DNA from: the human T2T-CHM13v2.0 reference genome, Homo sapiens
Strand: one strand, 5' to 3'
Assembly (NCBI RefSeq): GCF_009914755.1
Contig: NC_060925.1
DNA: 64,000 nt
Shown: one piece after another, positions 27,272 to 41,009 of the stretch
How the letters are laid out: each line of letters begins with the position of its first letter
Position numbering within the stretch: the first letter of the stretch is position 1
The notes under the pieces: generated by a model
Databases searched by the model: none
Seen by the model: only the letters and a program-made list of their open reading frames with translations
What the model was told of the DNA's origin: nothing
Translations under genes and position numbers: made by a program

Positions 27272-28054
27272 TGCCAGGTTCTTCCTGATGCCACTTCTGA
27301 CAACAGATGAGAAGTTTTCTTCCAATTCCCCAAAACCAACTAGGTGTCCTACAATCCAACTCAATTCTGACACCAACTACCCGGAATTAGCTTCAGACTC
27401 CTAAGGTTTAAGGGCTCAGTCTCACAAGCCTGCCCTCACATCAGACACCAGCAACAAGTATTGTGTCACCTGTACTTCTGGTGACTGGCTAAAAATTGGG
27501 AGGTCTCATGACTCCCTCCTCAAATTCAATAATTTGCTGGAATAGCTCACAGGAGTCAGGAAGCCACTTTGCTTCCATTTAGCAGTTTATTATAAAGGAT
27601 ACAAATAAACAGCCAAACAGAGAGGCACATAGTGGGAGGTCTGGAAGGGTCCTAAGCACAGGAGCCTCTAACCCCATGGAGTTGGGGTGTGCCACCCTCC
27701 TGGCATGTGGATGTGTTCACTCAGAAGCTCCCTGAAACCCATTGTTTAGGGATCTCATGTAGATTTCATTAAATACATATGATTGACTAAATCATTGTCC
27801 ATAGGCATTGGTGACGCAGGCTATAGCCTCTTACCCAGGAATTGTGGGGTGGGGCTGAAAGTTCTAACCTTTTAATCAAGTCTTGTTCTTTCTGGTGACC
27901 AGCTTCATACTTAAGCTGTCTAGTGGCCTGCCAAGAGTCACCTCATTAGAACAAAAGACTCTCCTATCACCCTTATCACTGAGGAAATTCCAACAGTTTC
28001 AGTTGTTCTGTACCAGGAACTGGGGACAAAGACCAAATTTCCCATTTTACCATA
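27272..28054 (-). mobile_element. MER21-family LTR inserted into a MIR
   Basis: tgccaggtt...ccacttctgacaacag...caattctgacacc...ggtttaagggctcagtc...accaggaactggggacaaagaccaaat; MIR halves on both sides. Confidence 0.75.
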
Positions 28055-28248
28055 ACTAATTACCAGCCATGTGACCTTTGATATGTTGCTTAATCTTTCT
28101 GTGCCTCAGTTTCCTCATCAATAAAATGAAGACAATTCTAGTATCTACTTCATAGAATTACAGGGAGGATTAAATGAGTTAATATATGTAAAGCACTTAG
28201 AACAATGCCTGACACACAGTAAATGCTAAACATGTGTTAGTTATTAGT
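28055..28248 (+). mobile_element. MIR (3' part; 5' part at about 27235-27271)
   Basis: tgtgacctt...gcttaatctttctgtgcctcagtttcctcatcaataaaatg...gaggattaaatgagttaatatatgtaaagcacttagaaca. Confidence 0.9.
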
Positions 28249-28747
28249 GTGATTTCTCTAACATATCTCTCTGGGTGCATCTTCAAGCCTGAACTAAGAA
28301 TAATTAAAATATTGTCCTGTTTCCTAGCTCCATTATAAACTGTTAGCTATGGGTATATTTTCCTTCTTTTATATCAAGCTAGCCTGGCTGCTAAGATCTT
28401 ACTCTTCCTGAAAAAGTTCTTGTCATCTCCCAGCTCAATCAGTGTGCTTGCCATCATTTCTTATTCACTTTTCCACTGCTCCTATTTTGTTTACAAAAAT
28501 TACAAACTTAAAAAAAAAAGATACTGATTCCATTTCTCCTAGAAAATCTGAGCGAACCTGATTCCTAGGGACAAAGAGTCCAAGTATGTGCCTTGTAAAT
28601 GTCTTTTTTAGCCTCAGGTTTGTAAAAATGTCACTAAAATATTTCTGCACCTCAGCTCAAGAGTAGATGAACACCTCCAATAAACAAGGGCCTCATTCCT
28701 TTGTGTCAGTTCACTGATAAAATGCTCTGTCACCACCCCCAGAGCCA

Positions 28748-28773
28748 GCACACACACACACACACACACACAC
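28748..28773. repeat. (CA)n microsatellite
   Basis: Directly visible. Confidence 0.95.
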
Positions 28774-31144
28774 GCTGTGGCTGACAGCAAATCTGAGTTT
28801 CTGAAACCACAACTCTCATAAGAGCCATCTTGCAATCCTGTGGTAGGGGTCTCAAGCCTCACTAATGTTTCCTTTATGGATCTTGTATTTCAATTAAACA
28901 AAGAGGAAGGGAGAATTTGGGGTGACTGTGCAGTGTGGCCCACCTATGCCTAGTACAATCTAAAGGCCCAAATGAATAAATGAATGAAGAATTGCAAAGC
29001 AAACACTGGAAGGGATATTCAGGCCTGCTAGACATCCCAGAATCTCATCTTAAGAAAATTTAGAATTCTTCAAACAAATCACAAACTTGGTGCTTAGAAG
29101 GGAAGTAGGCAAAGTTGGTCTTGGACAAAACTACGCTGTTATTGAAGTTTGTCTTCATACGTGCCGTGTACTTTCTTTGAATCCTTGTTCTCTCCTAGTG
29201 CTTTTTTTCTAGGCTTCAAATGACCAAGGTGCTGGAGATTTTACTTTAGGGAGAAAGGATGTATAAAATACTTGAATGTGTAAAATCTTCTAATGCTAGT
29301 CTTTGGCTTATTTGCAAGTCTGCCAGACTGACCTAACCTCAGTTGAAGGCTAGGGGTTTCCAGCTTCTTACCAACCAATACAAGGAGCAATGGCTGAATG
29401 GAAATCAAGAAAACATTTTTATTGATGACAGAAGGGATACCCGGTTGTTCCCCAAATGCAGAGCTCTGGTAAACTTTCTTAGAGAATGGAACAATCTCCC
29501 ATCTCTTACCTCAAATCTAAGAAAAAGGGCCTTCTGTCCAGGCTGGCCTGGATCATTCTCCAGTTACATCTATGGGGATAGACCAGTGGCCCCTGGAGAG
29601 CCCTGAATTCCTGCATAGCCATATGGACTGGGAGCTCAAGCAGGGCCCTCTGCATTTGGTTTCAGAGAACAAGAGACTGTGACTGCATCAATCATATTAA
29701 CCATTTATCCTCTGCACCCAAGTTTATTCCAGTCAAATCACTGCATCTTGACCTTTAATGACATAAAACCAGCTCTTTCACTTGTAGGTCTGCAGTCCTA
29801 GCTCTCTGCACATCACTGCTTTATTCAGATTGTCTAGACTCCCTCTTTGGGACTTTCTATGCATTGCCAATACCCCCTCTATGCAAATAGCAAAATCTCT
29901 GCTGAAAAGTTTGTGAGTCCTCTTGGCCCCTCTTGCTGGGGGTTGTTACTTAGGAAATCATGAACATTGACAAGCTATCTGTAAACCAGCCTTGCATTTC
30001 TTCAACAAGCAAGCATGTACTGGCCACCTCCTATGTGCCAGGCACTGCTCTGTACCCCAGGCGAATCTTCTGCTAGCACTGCCACTGGAAATGCTGGCTC
30101 AATATGATGCAAGATTAAACAAAACACAACCCAAATCTCTGGGTCCTTGGTCAGGAATACAACTGTATTTATCAATGTACAAGCTTGGACAAGAATTTAA
30201 AATTATGATGTCCATTAACAAAGCCAGGAAGAAATAGAATTAGACTGGGCTTATGGGAACAGATGTAGATTAAAATTTTAAAAGTTCTTACAATTGGATG
30301 ACTTGGAGTAGCTAATCCTATCATGGGATGGAACTATAGGAAGCCCAAGAAAGCTGCTCAAGAAATGTTATGACCCAATTACTTCAAATCATCTAGCTTC
30401 AAGGAGAGGTGGAAGGATGCTAGGCAGGAATCCCTCACACCCAGAAGCAGTGGTGATGTTGATTTAAAACCTTCTCAAGTCTGGATTATAGCTACTCCAC
30501 CTTCCCCCAAGTCATGCAGGTATACAATTCCAAATAATTCAATCAATACTTATTGACAGCTGAATGCTGGGAATACACTAGTGCATGATCACTTAGATGA
30601 GTTAGCAATTGCTTTCTTTAAAGAATGTATGTAGATTTAGGTTGCTCTGTGGAGGAAAAGAAATACTGTTAAAATGATAGATAATGAACATTCTGAATTC
30701 TGAGGGGGCTTTATTAATCTTTTCTCCTTTTTACTAGGTTCAAGTAAAAATTGCTGACTCCAGCCAGACTGGTCTTCTTATAGCACCCCTAGAAATTCCA
30801 AGCTTATTTCTTTCTTTTTGCCTTTTTACCTTTGCTCATGATGCCATGATGTCAGCCACCTAGAATGATGGCCCCTAACACACTCAGACCCACTTACGTA
30901 CTCCTTCTTCAAGCAGGTGTCCATGTCTTCTATGCAGAAGACATGCATAGAATATGCATAGACATTCTATTTCTCCTTCCTGAAGTTATCCACCTCTCCA
31001 CTGAGCTCCTCTAGTGTGTCTTTGGTCCTGCCTTGAATTACCTTTCAATGTCTTGGCTCCCCACATAAATTACTAGAATTCAAGGATCCGATCTCCCTCA
31101 CATACAGAACAAAGCACCTCGTGACACACTTAGTACTTGCTCAG

Positions 31145-31420
31145 ACAAGAGAGGGAGGAAGGAACGAAGGCAAAAAAGAAGAGGGAGAAAGGGAATAAAA
31201 CAGTGAAGGAGAGCGCAGATGGGGAAAAGACAGGAAAATACAGAGAGAAGGGGTGGGAGGTTTGGGATAGAGGAGTAGCATGGTGTAGGAGGAGGTGGAA
31301 AGGGCAAAAGAGGAGAGAAAAATTGAAGGAACAAAAAAGAGGAAAGGGAATACAGAGAAGGGAGGAAAAGATTTTAAAGGAGAAATGTTAAGAGAGGAAG
31401 GAAAAGAGGGAGAGATTGAA
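31145..31420. repeat. GA-rich low-complexity tract
   Basis: Purine-rich + strand; explains the overlapping K/E/R-rich and F/P/L-rich ORFs. Confidence 0.8.
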
Positions 31421-31747
31421 GCCATTCAAGTAAGGCGTATAAGGCATGAGAGATATGTCGCCTCCTTTCTCCCTAAAGGGAGATCTCAGGATCTCGGTAG
31501 TTAGAAGTCAAAAAAGGGGCACTGATAGAGAACGAGGCCTCAAAGTGATTACACAGCAGGTATGAAGACAAACTTCCATGGCGTGCCCTTGTCGTTTTGT
31601 TTAAGAGCAGCTCTGCTTAACTCACTTCTAAATATCAAGTTTGTGATTTATTTAAAGAATCCTAATTCTTCTTGAGATGATGACCTGGATTGTCTAACAA
31701 ACCTGAATATTCCTGCCAGTGTTTGGCTTGAACATATAGTTATTTTA

Positions 31748-32505
31748 AACTATCCATTTATTTATTCCTTCACTTAGCAAATATTGAACAAATACCTCCC
31801 CACCGCTCCACCGTGTGCCAGGCACTAGACTAGGTAATAAGGAAAAAACTTTGACCAAATTGTCTGTTGTCAGGGATCTTAGGTTCCAGCAGAAGAGGAA
31901 ACCAACAATAAACACAATAAATAAGTGTACCAAATGGTGTGTTAGAAGTGACAAGTGCTAAGGGAAAGAGGTAAGAAAGGAGGGTAGAAGTTCTGGAGTA
32001 AATCAAGGTAGGGTGGTCCAGAGGATTGACTAAAAAGGTGATTTTGAGCAAGCTGTGGAAGGAATAAGGAAATAAACCATTAGGTTATCTGAGAAGAGTA
32101 TTCCAGGCAGAGAACAGCTCATGCAAAGGCCCTGGGGCAGGAACATATGTGGTAGGTTTGAGGAATTGCAAGGAGCCCAAGGTGGCTGGATCAGAGAAAG
32201 TGAGGGGAAGACTGTCAGATGATGCAGTCAGAAATTTAATGGTGAAAGGGAGGGGCAGATTACATAGGGCCTCTTGTAAGGTCTAGTAACAACTTTAGCT
32301 ATTCTTTTGAGTGAACCTGGAGGCCTTGGAATGTTTGGGATAGAGGAGTAGCATTATATGACTTAAGTTTTAACGTGTGACTCTGGCAGCAGTGCTGTGA
32401 ATAGACCACAGGGAAGCAGGTTTGGAAATAGGAAGACCAGTGAGGAGGCAATTGCAATATTTGGGGCAGAAGTTGATAGTGTGAGGACCCAGAGAAAATC
32501 CTGGA
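31748..32505 (-). mobile_element. L2 LINE 3' portion
   Basis: catttatttattccttc...aaatattga...gtgccaggcact; agagtattccaggcagag...tgcaaaggccctggggcagga; gtgactctggcagcagtg. Confidence 0.85.
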
Positions 32506-33664
32506 ATAAGGAAAGTTCATTTGCCTTCACTAGACCTTCCTTTGCACACACGATTTCTCCTGCCTGGAATGACTGTCTTCATGCTAGAACACCTTCCCGG
32601 GTTTCAAAGCTCAGTGCCAATGCCACTCATTCCTGAGTTCCCACCAAGGATTATTGCTTCCACAGCACCCTATTTATCCCTCTCTTGTAGCACTCATCCT
32701 ATTGCGTTGCAATTACTCATTTACCTTTCTGGCTCTCTTCCGAACCAAGAACACTTTTATGTCAGCTTAGTTCAAACATTGATACTAAGTGGGAATAAAA
32801 AGGTGAATAAGATGTTATCCCAATTACCATCTCATATAGGAGAAGACGGAACAACTGCCCCCACATTTGGTTCATAGTTTTCAGATTAATACGTGAACAG
32901 AGATTTACCAGAAGCCAAACCACCATGGGCTGGAGATATGGTGGTTTTGGCTTATTTGCAACACTGTTTAATGTGTCATAGTATAGGGCTTCATCTGCTG
33001 CCCCCACAGCTCCCCTTGGCTACTTCCCCAGCACTCGGTCCAGCCAACACCATTGCCAATAGATGCTACAGTGTTGAGAGCTAAGGATCTTGTCAAAGTG
33101 AGAGAGGGAGACCCTGTGGAAGATTCCAGGAAGCAGGGAGTGCAAGATGATTAAAGGTAGTTGTGGATGTATTTATTTTTTTCTGTAGTGGTGGTTGTTG
33201 ATGCAAAGCTGTCTCTCTGGAGTCTCTAGTGACATTTGTTACTTGACTTTCCAGTTCTTAAACAGAAATTCTGTCCTTTTCATTGAATTGCTCCTCTTTT
33301 GCTAATGCTCTGTCTTCCCCAAGTCCCAGGCAGAGCATTTGACATTTGTTATTGGTACAAGAGCATCATTTGCTGAGTGTGGTAAAAAAAAAGTTTCCCA
33401 AAGGGGGGAAATGAATGATTATCTCAGATCTCCTCACCCTTCTCTTCCTTCAGACACAACAGCAATCCCCAGCCATGCTGGGCCCTGGCAGGGAGCTGCC
33501 CTAATCGGTTTTACATTGTAGCTGCATGGAGATCTGTTGTGATAATTGTAGATGCGTTAGCAGAGGGCAAGGGGTGACAGATTGTGGATTCACAGGACGT
33601 GCTGAGGTGGGGGCTCAGTGATGTTTATTTCTTAAAGTCCCTAGCTAGGGAAAGGTATTGTTCC

Positions 33665-34150
33665 TCTAATCAACACATGTTTCCCGAGAGCCTACTGTGA
33701 ACCAGGCATTGTTCTGAGTGCCAGGGATGACAAGCAAAAATAAAAACATCCAGTTCCTACTCTCAGGGTGTTTACTGTCTAGTGGGGGTATCTAATATCA
33801 ATCCAATATTCACTCAGGTAAGTGTAAATCTGCAACTCTGATATGTAATATGAAAAAAGATATGTGATCCTATGAGAGCCTATAGTAAAGAGAATTGAAT
33901 TTGTCAACGGGGTCAACAATGTCTTCTTGAGAAGTTGCCTCTCAGGCTATAAACTGACAAATTAGTTAAATATGGACAGAAAGAGAGTCCTAGGCAGAAG
34001 GCAGAGTAGATACAAAGGTTGTGCTGGAGGAGGGAATCTGGTGGATACCAGTACCTGAATACAGATCAGAGAGAGCAAGGAATGGTCCCCAAGGAAGATG
34101 AGGAAGACAGGGAGGTCGAGAAGGGAGGACCACATGAGGTGGCATGTTTT
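33665..34150 (-). mobile_element. L2 fragment
   Basis: caacacatgttt...gagcctactgtgaaccaggcattgttctgagtgc...tactgtctagtgggg. Confidence 0.7.
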
Positions 34151-37100
34151 CACTCATTTTTCATGCCCCAGAGCACCTGCACAGAGTAGTTCTCAGTAAG
34201 GAGCACAAGCTCTGATAGAATAGTGGTTTCATTCATTCATCTTCCCAGCAATTACTTACTGAGTAGCATCTTTGTGTTTAAAAGCAGGGATAATAAGAGG
34301 AATAGTCCCCATGTTCTTCCCTCGTGAGCTCAGTCTGGTAAGCTGTGAAATAGAAAAATGACCCTAAGTGATATTATCAAGTTATGTTTAATTGCCACGG
34401 GCAGGGTGACTCAAGTGTGGTGAGTTGTGGAGGGGCCAGGGGAAACTTGGAAGGGGAGGGAAGATGTGGGTCACTGTTGCTGGCAGGAGTAAGTTTAGAA
34501 TCCATACTTTCTCCATTATTAACCCCAGGACCTGTTAGTTTCCCATACCTCCCTCCTCTCCCAGGCCCTAGCCCTTCAGCCTCCAGTGCCATTCAGTGTA
34601 AATCTTTCTTGGAGAGTTGTTTCTCCTTGTGGTCATACAGTAACAGGCTACTAAACTTGCCTGTGGGGTGAATTACGAGCTGGTCCCTGGAGCCCCAGCC
34701 TCTGTTGCCCACGGAATGAACTGTGGCGCTCCAGGCTGCTGGGCTTTTTATTTATTTATTTGTTTGCTTTAGCATATTTTAATCTGATCATTAAATTGCA
34801 ATCTGCCACCCATCCCCAACCCCAACTGTCTTCAGATGGAACAGATTTTTCATAGGTAATGATACCTATAAACTTCAGGGATGGCAGCCACCAGAGCAAA
34901 CTGGGGGAGGGAAGGGTGAGGGGTTGCAAAAACATCTTCCACCTGGCTGGACCTTGGCTGTCCTGCTATTGCCGTGGGTCAGCCTGGCCTATCCCAGGGC
35001 AGCTAGAATGGCCAAGTTCCCCTTGGCAGTACCAGTGACCTTTTCCTGCCTAAGAAATGTATGCTCAGAAGGCAGAAGTGAGCCTCTGCACCTTGTCCCT
35101 GCATGCAAAAGATCATCCCTGTTCCACATTGTGCCAGGCAGTAAAGGTGTCACACAACCTGCCTTTATGGTGTTGCATGGGGAGAGATCTGCACTGATAA
35201 ATCAAAGGCAAAGAGGTTGCCAGATGGTGCCATGGAGCTCATGTTCCCGAGGTCATCCGTCTGATCTAGTGCTGCCCTGCACTGGGGGGATTGCCATCTG
35301 ATGGCAGGGTCACGACCCCACAGACAGTGACAGTCACCATGGTTATAATATTGGCACCACCAATTTGTCTAGCATTTTATAAGGTGTACTGACACATTCC
35401 TCTGGAGCTTCAGAACAATCCTGTGATTGCAAAAGGGCAGGTGTCATGATTCCCATTCTGCAGGTGATGAAACTGAGATGAGGGGACTAAGGAGTAAATT
35501 GCTCAAGGAAGTACCTGGCTCATAGCCAGTTCTCATTAAATGTGTGTTGAATGAATGGATCCGTTTATGCTGCCCTAAAGCATTCTCAAAGGAACATCTC
35601 AAGGTTTGCTTCTAGAATCACATTCAGAGAAAAGTTAGGATTGAGATCCTGAGAGCCTGCAGCTTCCACCCGAACCAGCTGGATAAGAAATCACCACCAA
35701 TTTCTTTTTAATTAATTTGTCTGCATGCCAGAGTGCTTGACACTGGAAAAGGTGTTTTGAAGGTATGGGTGCATAGTAGGCAGGAAAAGTTACGTCTTCA
35801 TGTTATCATGCTTACCATGGACCAGGCACAGTTCTACGATTTTTGCACATACTCAGTTCTCTCAACAGCTCTAAGTAGGTGCTATTATTATATTCATTAC
35901 AAACGAAGAAACTGAAGCACAGTGAGGCTGATCCACTTTCCAAAAGGTACAAAGATACAAAGCAGAGGAGCCGAGAATCTGGCTTCAGAGTTGGAGCTGT
36001 TGACTGCTTTGCCATACCACCTCATACTTAATTTTTTTCCAGAATATGCACATTCCTGCTCTACATATCTATTGTCCTAAACATTGCACTGCCAGCATCC
36101 AGGTACAGGTGAAATGACAGAAAGAATTCTTGCCTCAGTGTGGAAATGGAGGCTCAGGAAATGATGGGGAAAGGGGTAATAGCAGACATCTTTGCTGCAT
36201 TAAAGTAAAATTTCTCAGACATTTCAAAGAAATAAACTGTCAATGCCATGACAAGTCCCTGCACTTTCTGTAGCCTCAGGAAGTGGACTCAAGGCACACA
36301 GTTACCTCAATTCTTTCAGGAGAAAGGGGCATGCAATCTGGAGATAAATATCAGTACTCTAAGCTTCCAGTTCGTACACCAGCCACCAGATCATGGCGCT
36401 TAAAAACTTGTACTATTGTTTTAAATCTATGTTTTAAAACCAATAAAGCCAAAAATATATTCTTATTCATTATTCTGTAACTTATGTGGCATCAATGATC
36501 AAATTGCCTCTCAATGAAGGAGTAGGATTTACATAAACTTGGGTGAAGCAGATGACACAGTAATCTACTCACACACTGGATATCTTCACGCTTGTAGCTC
36601 TTCATCTGCCAGTGGGCAACCTGCAGAAGAGGCTGTGGTCCCAGCTCAGCCTATTGCCTAGAATTTCTCCATGTTACCCAGCCATGGAGTCACAGGAAGC
36701 ACAGGAAATGTCACCAGATACCAGAATACTTGGTGACAACATAGGACAGCAACAGACAAACTGTGACCCAAAGCCACTGTGCCAAGAAGCCATCCTTGAA
36801 TGACATTCTCTATTGATAATCTTACCTGGTTTATGAGCTGTTCACAGAGATATCATGCTGATCCTGACTTTACAATTATAGAGACCTTCCTATTCTAACC
36901 AGAAGTGTAGGCACTATCCCTTATCTGGCTCCAGTCAGAGTAACTGTAACCATGACTTAGATGCTAATTCACAACTGGTGGCTGATGGATGAGTTGTTGA
37001 TTATTTTATTATCTGTGTACTTCAATGTTCCCAAATTAAGCCAGATAACTATACTTTGAAGAATCATCCCATGGCTAAACCTTTAAGAAATAAATCTAAT

Positions 37101-39458
37101 TTTAAAATAAATTATATGGCATCTGAGATTCAGAAGGGACCTTGAAAGTCCCCTGGCCCATTTCTCCTCTTTCTAAGCTGGACACAACCCTATGCCACCC
37201 AATCTGTGGGACCTGACTCCTGATACAGTGGCTGTTGATGGTTTTCAGCAAGAGAAACTCTTTCATTGAAAACATGGATTTCTAAGAAACCCTCTATAGA
37301 GACTGGATTAAAGAGAAGGAGGACAGCATCAGAAAAAGAGTCCACAGTGGAGATTAGAAAATTTATTAGACAATGTGACGCAGAGAAAGGGCACAAGCTT
37401 GGTACCCAGACAGCTCTAGGTTTTACATCTTCGATCTGCTGCTTAGGAACTGGGAGGTCTTGAGCAAGTTATTCAAACCTCTCTGAGACTTCTGAGGCTT
37501 CTTCTTCATCAGTAGAGCGGGAATCTCTGGGTTGCCAAGATTCATGAGATACTATATTCAAAAGACACAGCACATGCCTGACACACGGCAGTTGTTCCAT
37601 CCATCTCATTTCCCTTTGTGCTTTCCCAGCATCCTACATTTGGCTTCACAGTCAGGACAGGCTATAAAATTGGGCTACGCAGACTACAGCTCAGAGACCA
37701 TGCAGAAAAAAGAAAGCCCTGCTGGGGACAAAGTGCCTCAAGGTATTGAGGAGAAAGCCACCATTTGTGATTTGAAAATTCATGCACAGGTGCCCAAGGC
37801 AAATGGCCCCAGAGCCAGAGTGGGCCTATCCAGTCTGTAAAGTTGAGCATTCCATCTCAAATGGTGGCCTAAAAACTGGCCATCTCTGTCTTGATACACC
37901 TTTCCCATTAGCTTGGAGGGTTCACGAAACATTTGCAGAAAGAATTATAAATAAACCCCAGAATCAGCCAGATACCCAGGAAGAAAGGGAAGCGCGGGAG
38001 GAGTCAGATGAGGTTTCAGTCACCGCTTACCAACTGCTTCATATCCCCCATGGATTTCTTGTCAATGATTATTCAATCTCAGGCCTGACCTTTCTATTCT
38101 AAATAACACTGCAATATCAGCGCGGCCCAGCCCGCAGCTTTTGCAGGAAATTAACTGTATCTGGCTCTCACAGGAGACCCAAGAAATCCCTTCAGTAACA
38201 GCCCAGACTGGTTTACAGAAAAAAAGACCCAGCATTATCTTCTTTTCATACACTCCTCCTAATACCCGTCTAAATATCACAGAGCTCCCAGCTGTTTAAT
38301 TCTAATAAATACTCATCTATTCTCAAAACAGACAAATGTTAGGTCTCAGGTGGGCCCCCAGCATTTCATGTGGGAGGAAGAAGAGAATACGGAGAAAGAG
38401 AGAAAATAGAGCGGCTCACTGCTAGCTTTAAATTTCCATCCGTGCACAATACCAGGCTAAGAAAATGGCTAATGGTTTCCAGTTGAGCCACAGCCAGAGG
38501 TGACTTCTGAGGGGGGCCATTTTTTTTAAACAGTGTCCGCCCCGAGATATCCTCTCTTCCCTCTGTGCAGCTCCACGCAGTGGGCAGGAATTTGAGGACC
38601 CCTGACCATGCTGTACATCTAGGCAGCTAGTGAGCCCAGAGGAGCAGGGATAGTTGACAGTTAAGGGTCCGGGCTTTTGTTGGGACATCTCCCTGCTCTG
38701 CGTTGGTGTTTGGACCTGAGTCCAGATGGTTACTTCATCTACAGGGACCCTACATGGAGTACAGGAAAGGTAGAGAGAGAAAGGCCTCCCATGACCTCTG
38801 AAACCTGGTTGATTTGCAAGCAGCATGGTCCAAGGGATGGGTGAGACAAAAGAAAAGAATCCTCTGCCATTTTGGCTTGGAAATGCCTGGATTTGGATAA
38901 CGAGCATGAAGAAAATCTTTGTCTTCTGTCTCTCTGATTCCTAAAGAGCTCTTGCTTTCTTTAAACATACACAGTGGCAAGGACTCAATGAGAGGCTTTT
39001 ATGGAAGATCTGGGCTTGTCCACAGAGGCTCCTAGCAGTCTGCGAGCCTGGCATCTTCCACCAGGTAATGCTCTGGTGGGATATGGTTCAGATTCTTTAA
39101 GTACCTCTAAAAGCCAGTTACAACCATTGTGATTCAGATGGCTCTGGGATGGCGAGACATTTCACATCTAGAGCAGCTACTGATTCTAATTGTCCTGAGC
39201 CTGAACTTTGTTTCCTCATCAGAGTCAGTGGTTCTCCAAGCAGGTTCAGGGCCCATTGCTGACAGGAGAGGAGGTTTCTCCCGGCCTTTGGCAGATGGGC
39301 CTCTGACAGTTTCAATAGTGTTTTTTCTGTCTCTGGCATGAATTAATAATGAGCTTTTATTTTAACAAAACCTAAACATCACCTCAATGATGCCACGCTG
39401 CAATCAGCCCAGGACTTTCCATGCAGTTGCTAAGGTTTATTTAGAACATTGTGCAACA

Positions 39459-39497
39459 GGCTATGGCCATACCACCCTGAACATGCCCGATCTCGTC
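39459..39497 (+). pseudogene. Tailless 5S rRNA retropseudogene (nt 1-39) with 16-bp TSD
   Basis: ggctatggccataccaccctgaacatgcccgatctcgtc is 35/39 identical to the 5S 5' end; TSD agaacattgtgcaaca (39443-39458) / agaacactgtgcaaca (39498-39513). Confidence 0.92.
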
Positions 39498-39821
39498 AGA
39501 ACACTGTGCAACAGTGACGATGGCAGTCATGATGACTTTACTCCACTGAAAAACCTGAAGACCACAATTCTAAGTCCATAGTTAAAACCCCAGGAGATCC
39601 ATCTGCCTGTTTCTGCTCTGCTAGTCAGTAAGCCTGGATAAGCTCCCAGGCCAGGGTGAAGCAGGTTAACTTCCCACACTGGGCTCCAAGTGGGTCTGGC
39701 AGATTTCTAGAAGAGATGTGAGGACAAAATATGGCTACATATCTAGCCATTGGTTCACGTGTCCCTGAATCTCACATTGAAGCTTCTGGGCCATGGGTTT
39801 CATCCTAGCCAGCCCTGCTGT

Positions 39822-40290
39822 CACTCATTTAATGAGAGTTTACCGAGCACCTTCTATGTGCCAGGCTCGATTCTAAGTATCAGGGGTAGAGAACTCAAGT
39901 AGACCAAATAGTCCCTGCCCTCAGAGAGCACACTTTACGTTAGAGGAAAGGACATAAACAAGATAAATAGATAAAATGTGTAGAATATTAGGGATAAATG
40001 CTAAAGAAAAATATCAGCAGAGAAGAAACAGGTGAATGTTTGGCTAGAGCAGGCAGTGGGGCATGTAATTTTAGTCAGTTTGGCCTCACTGAGAAAGTGA
40101 CATTTGAGTAAGACCTAAAAGAGGTGAGGCTACAAGCCCTTGGAATTTGGGGCAGAAGCAAGCCAGGCAGAGTATACAGCACATTCAAAGGTCCTGGGGT
40201 GGGACCATGCCTGGCATTTCAAGGAACGGCATGGAGGCCAGCAAGACTGGAGCAGAGAGAACAGGAGGGAGAACAGCTGGTACAGTAACT
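39822..40290 (-). mobile_element. L2 fragment
   Basis: cactcattta...gagcaccttctatgtgccaggc...gtccctgccctc; ggcctcactgagaaagtgacatttgag...agacctaaaagaggtgagg. Confidence 0.8.
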
Positions 40291-40437
40291 AAGAGATCCA
40301 TTAGTTCACAGCCAGGACTACGAATTCTACTCAGAAAGACCTGAGGAAAGCTCAGGAGGGTTTAAGTAGAGGAACACTTATTTTAGGACTCAGGAGACCT
40401 AGGCCCTGATATCTTTTGCTACTTACCAGCTCTATGA

Positions 40438-41009
<572 letters not shown>

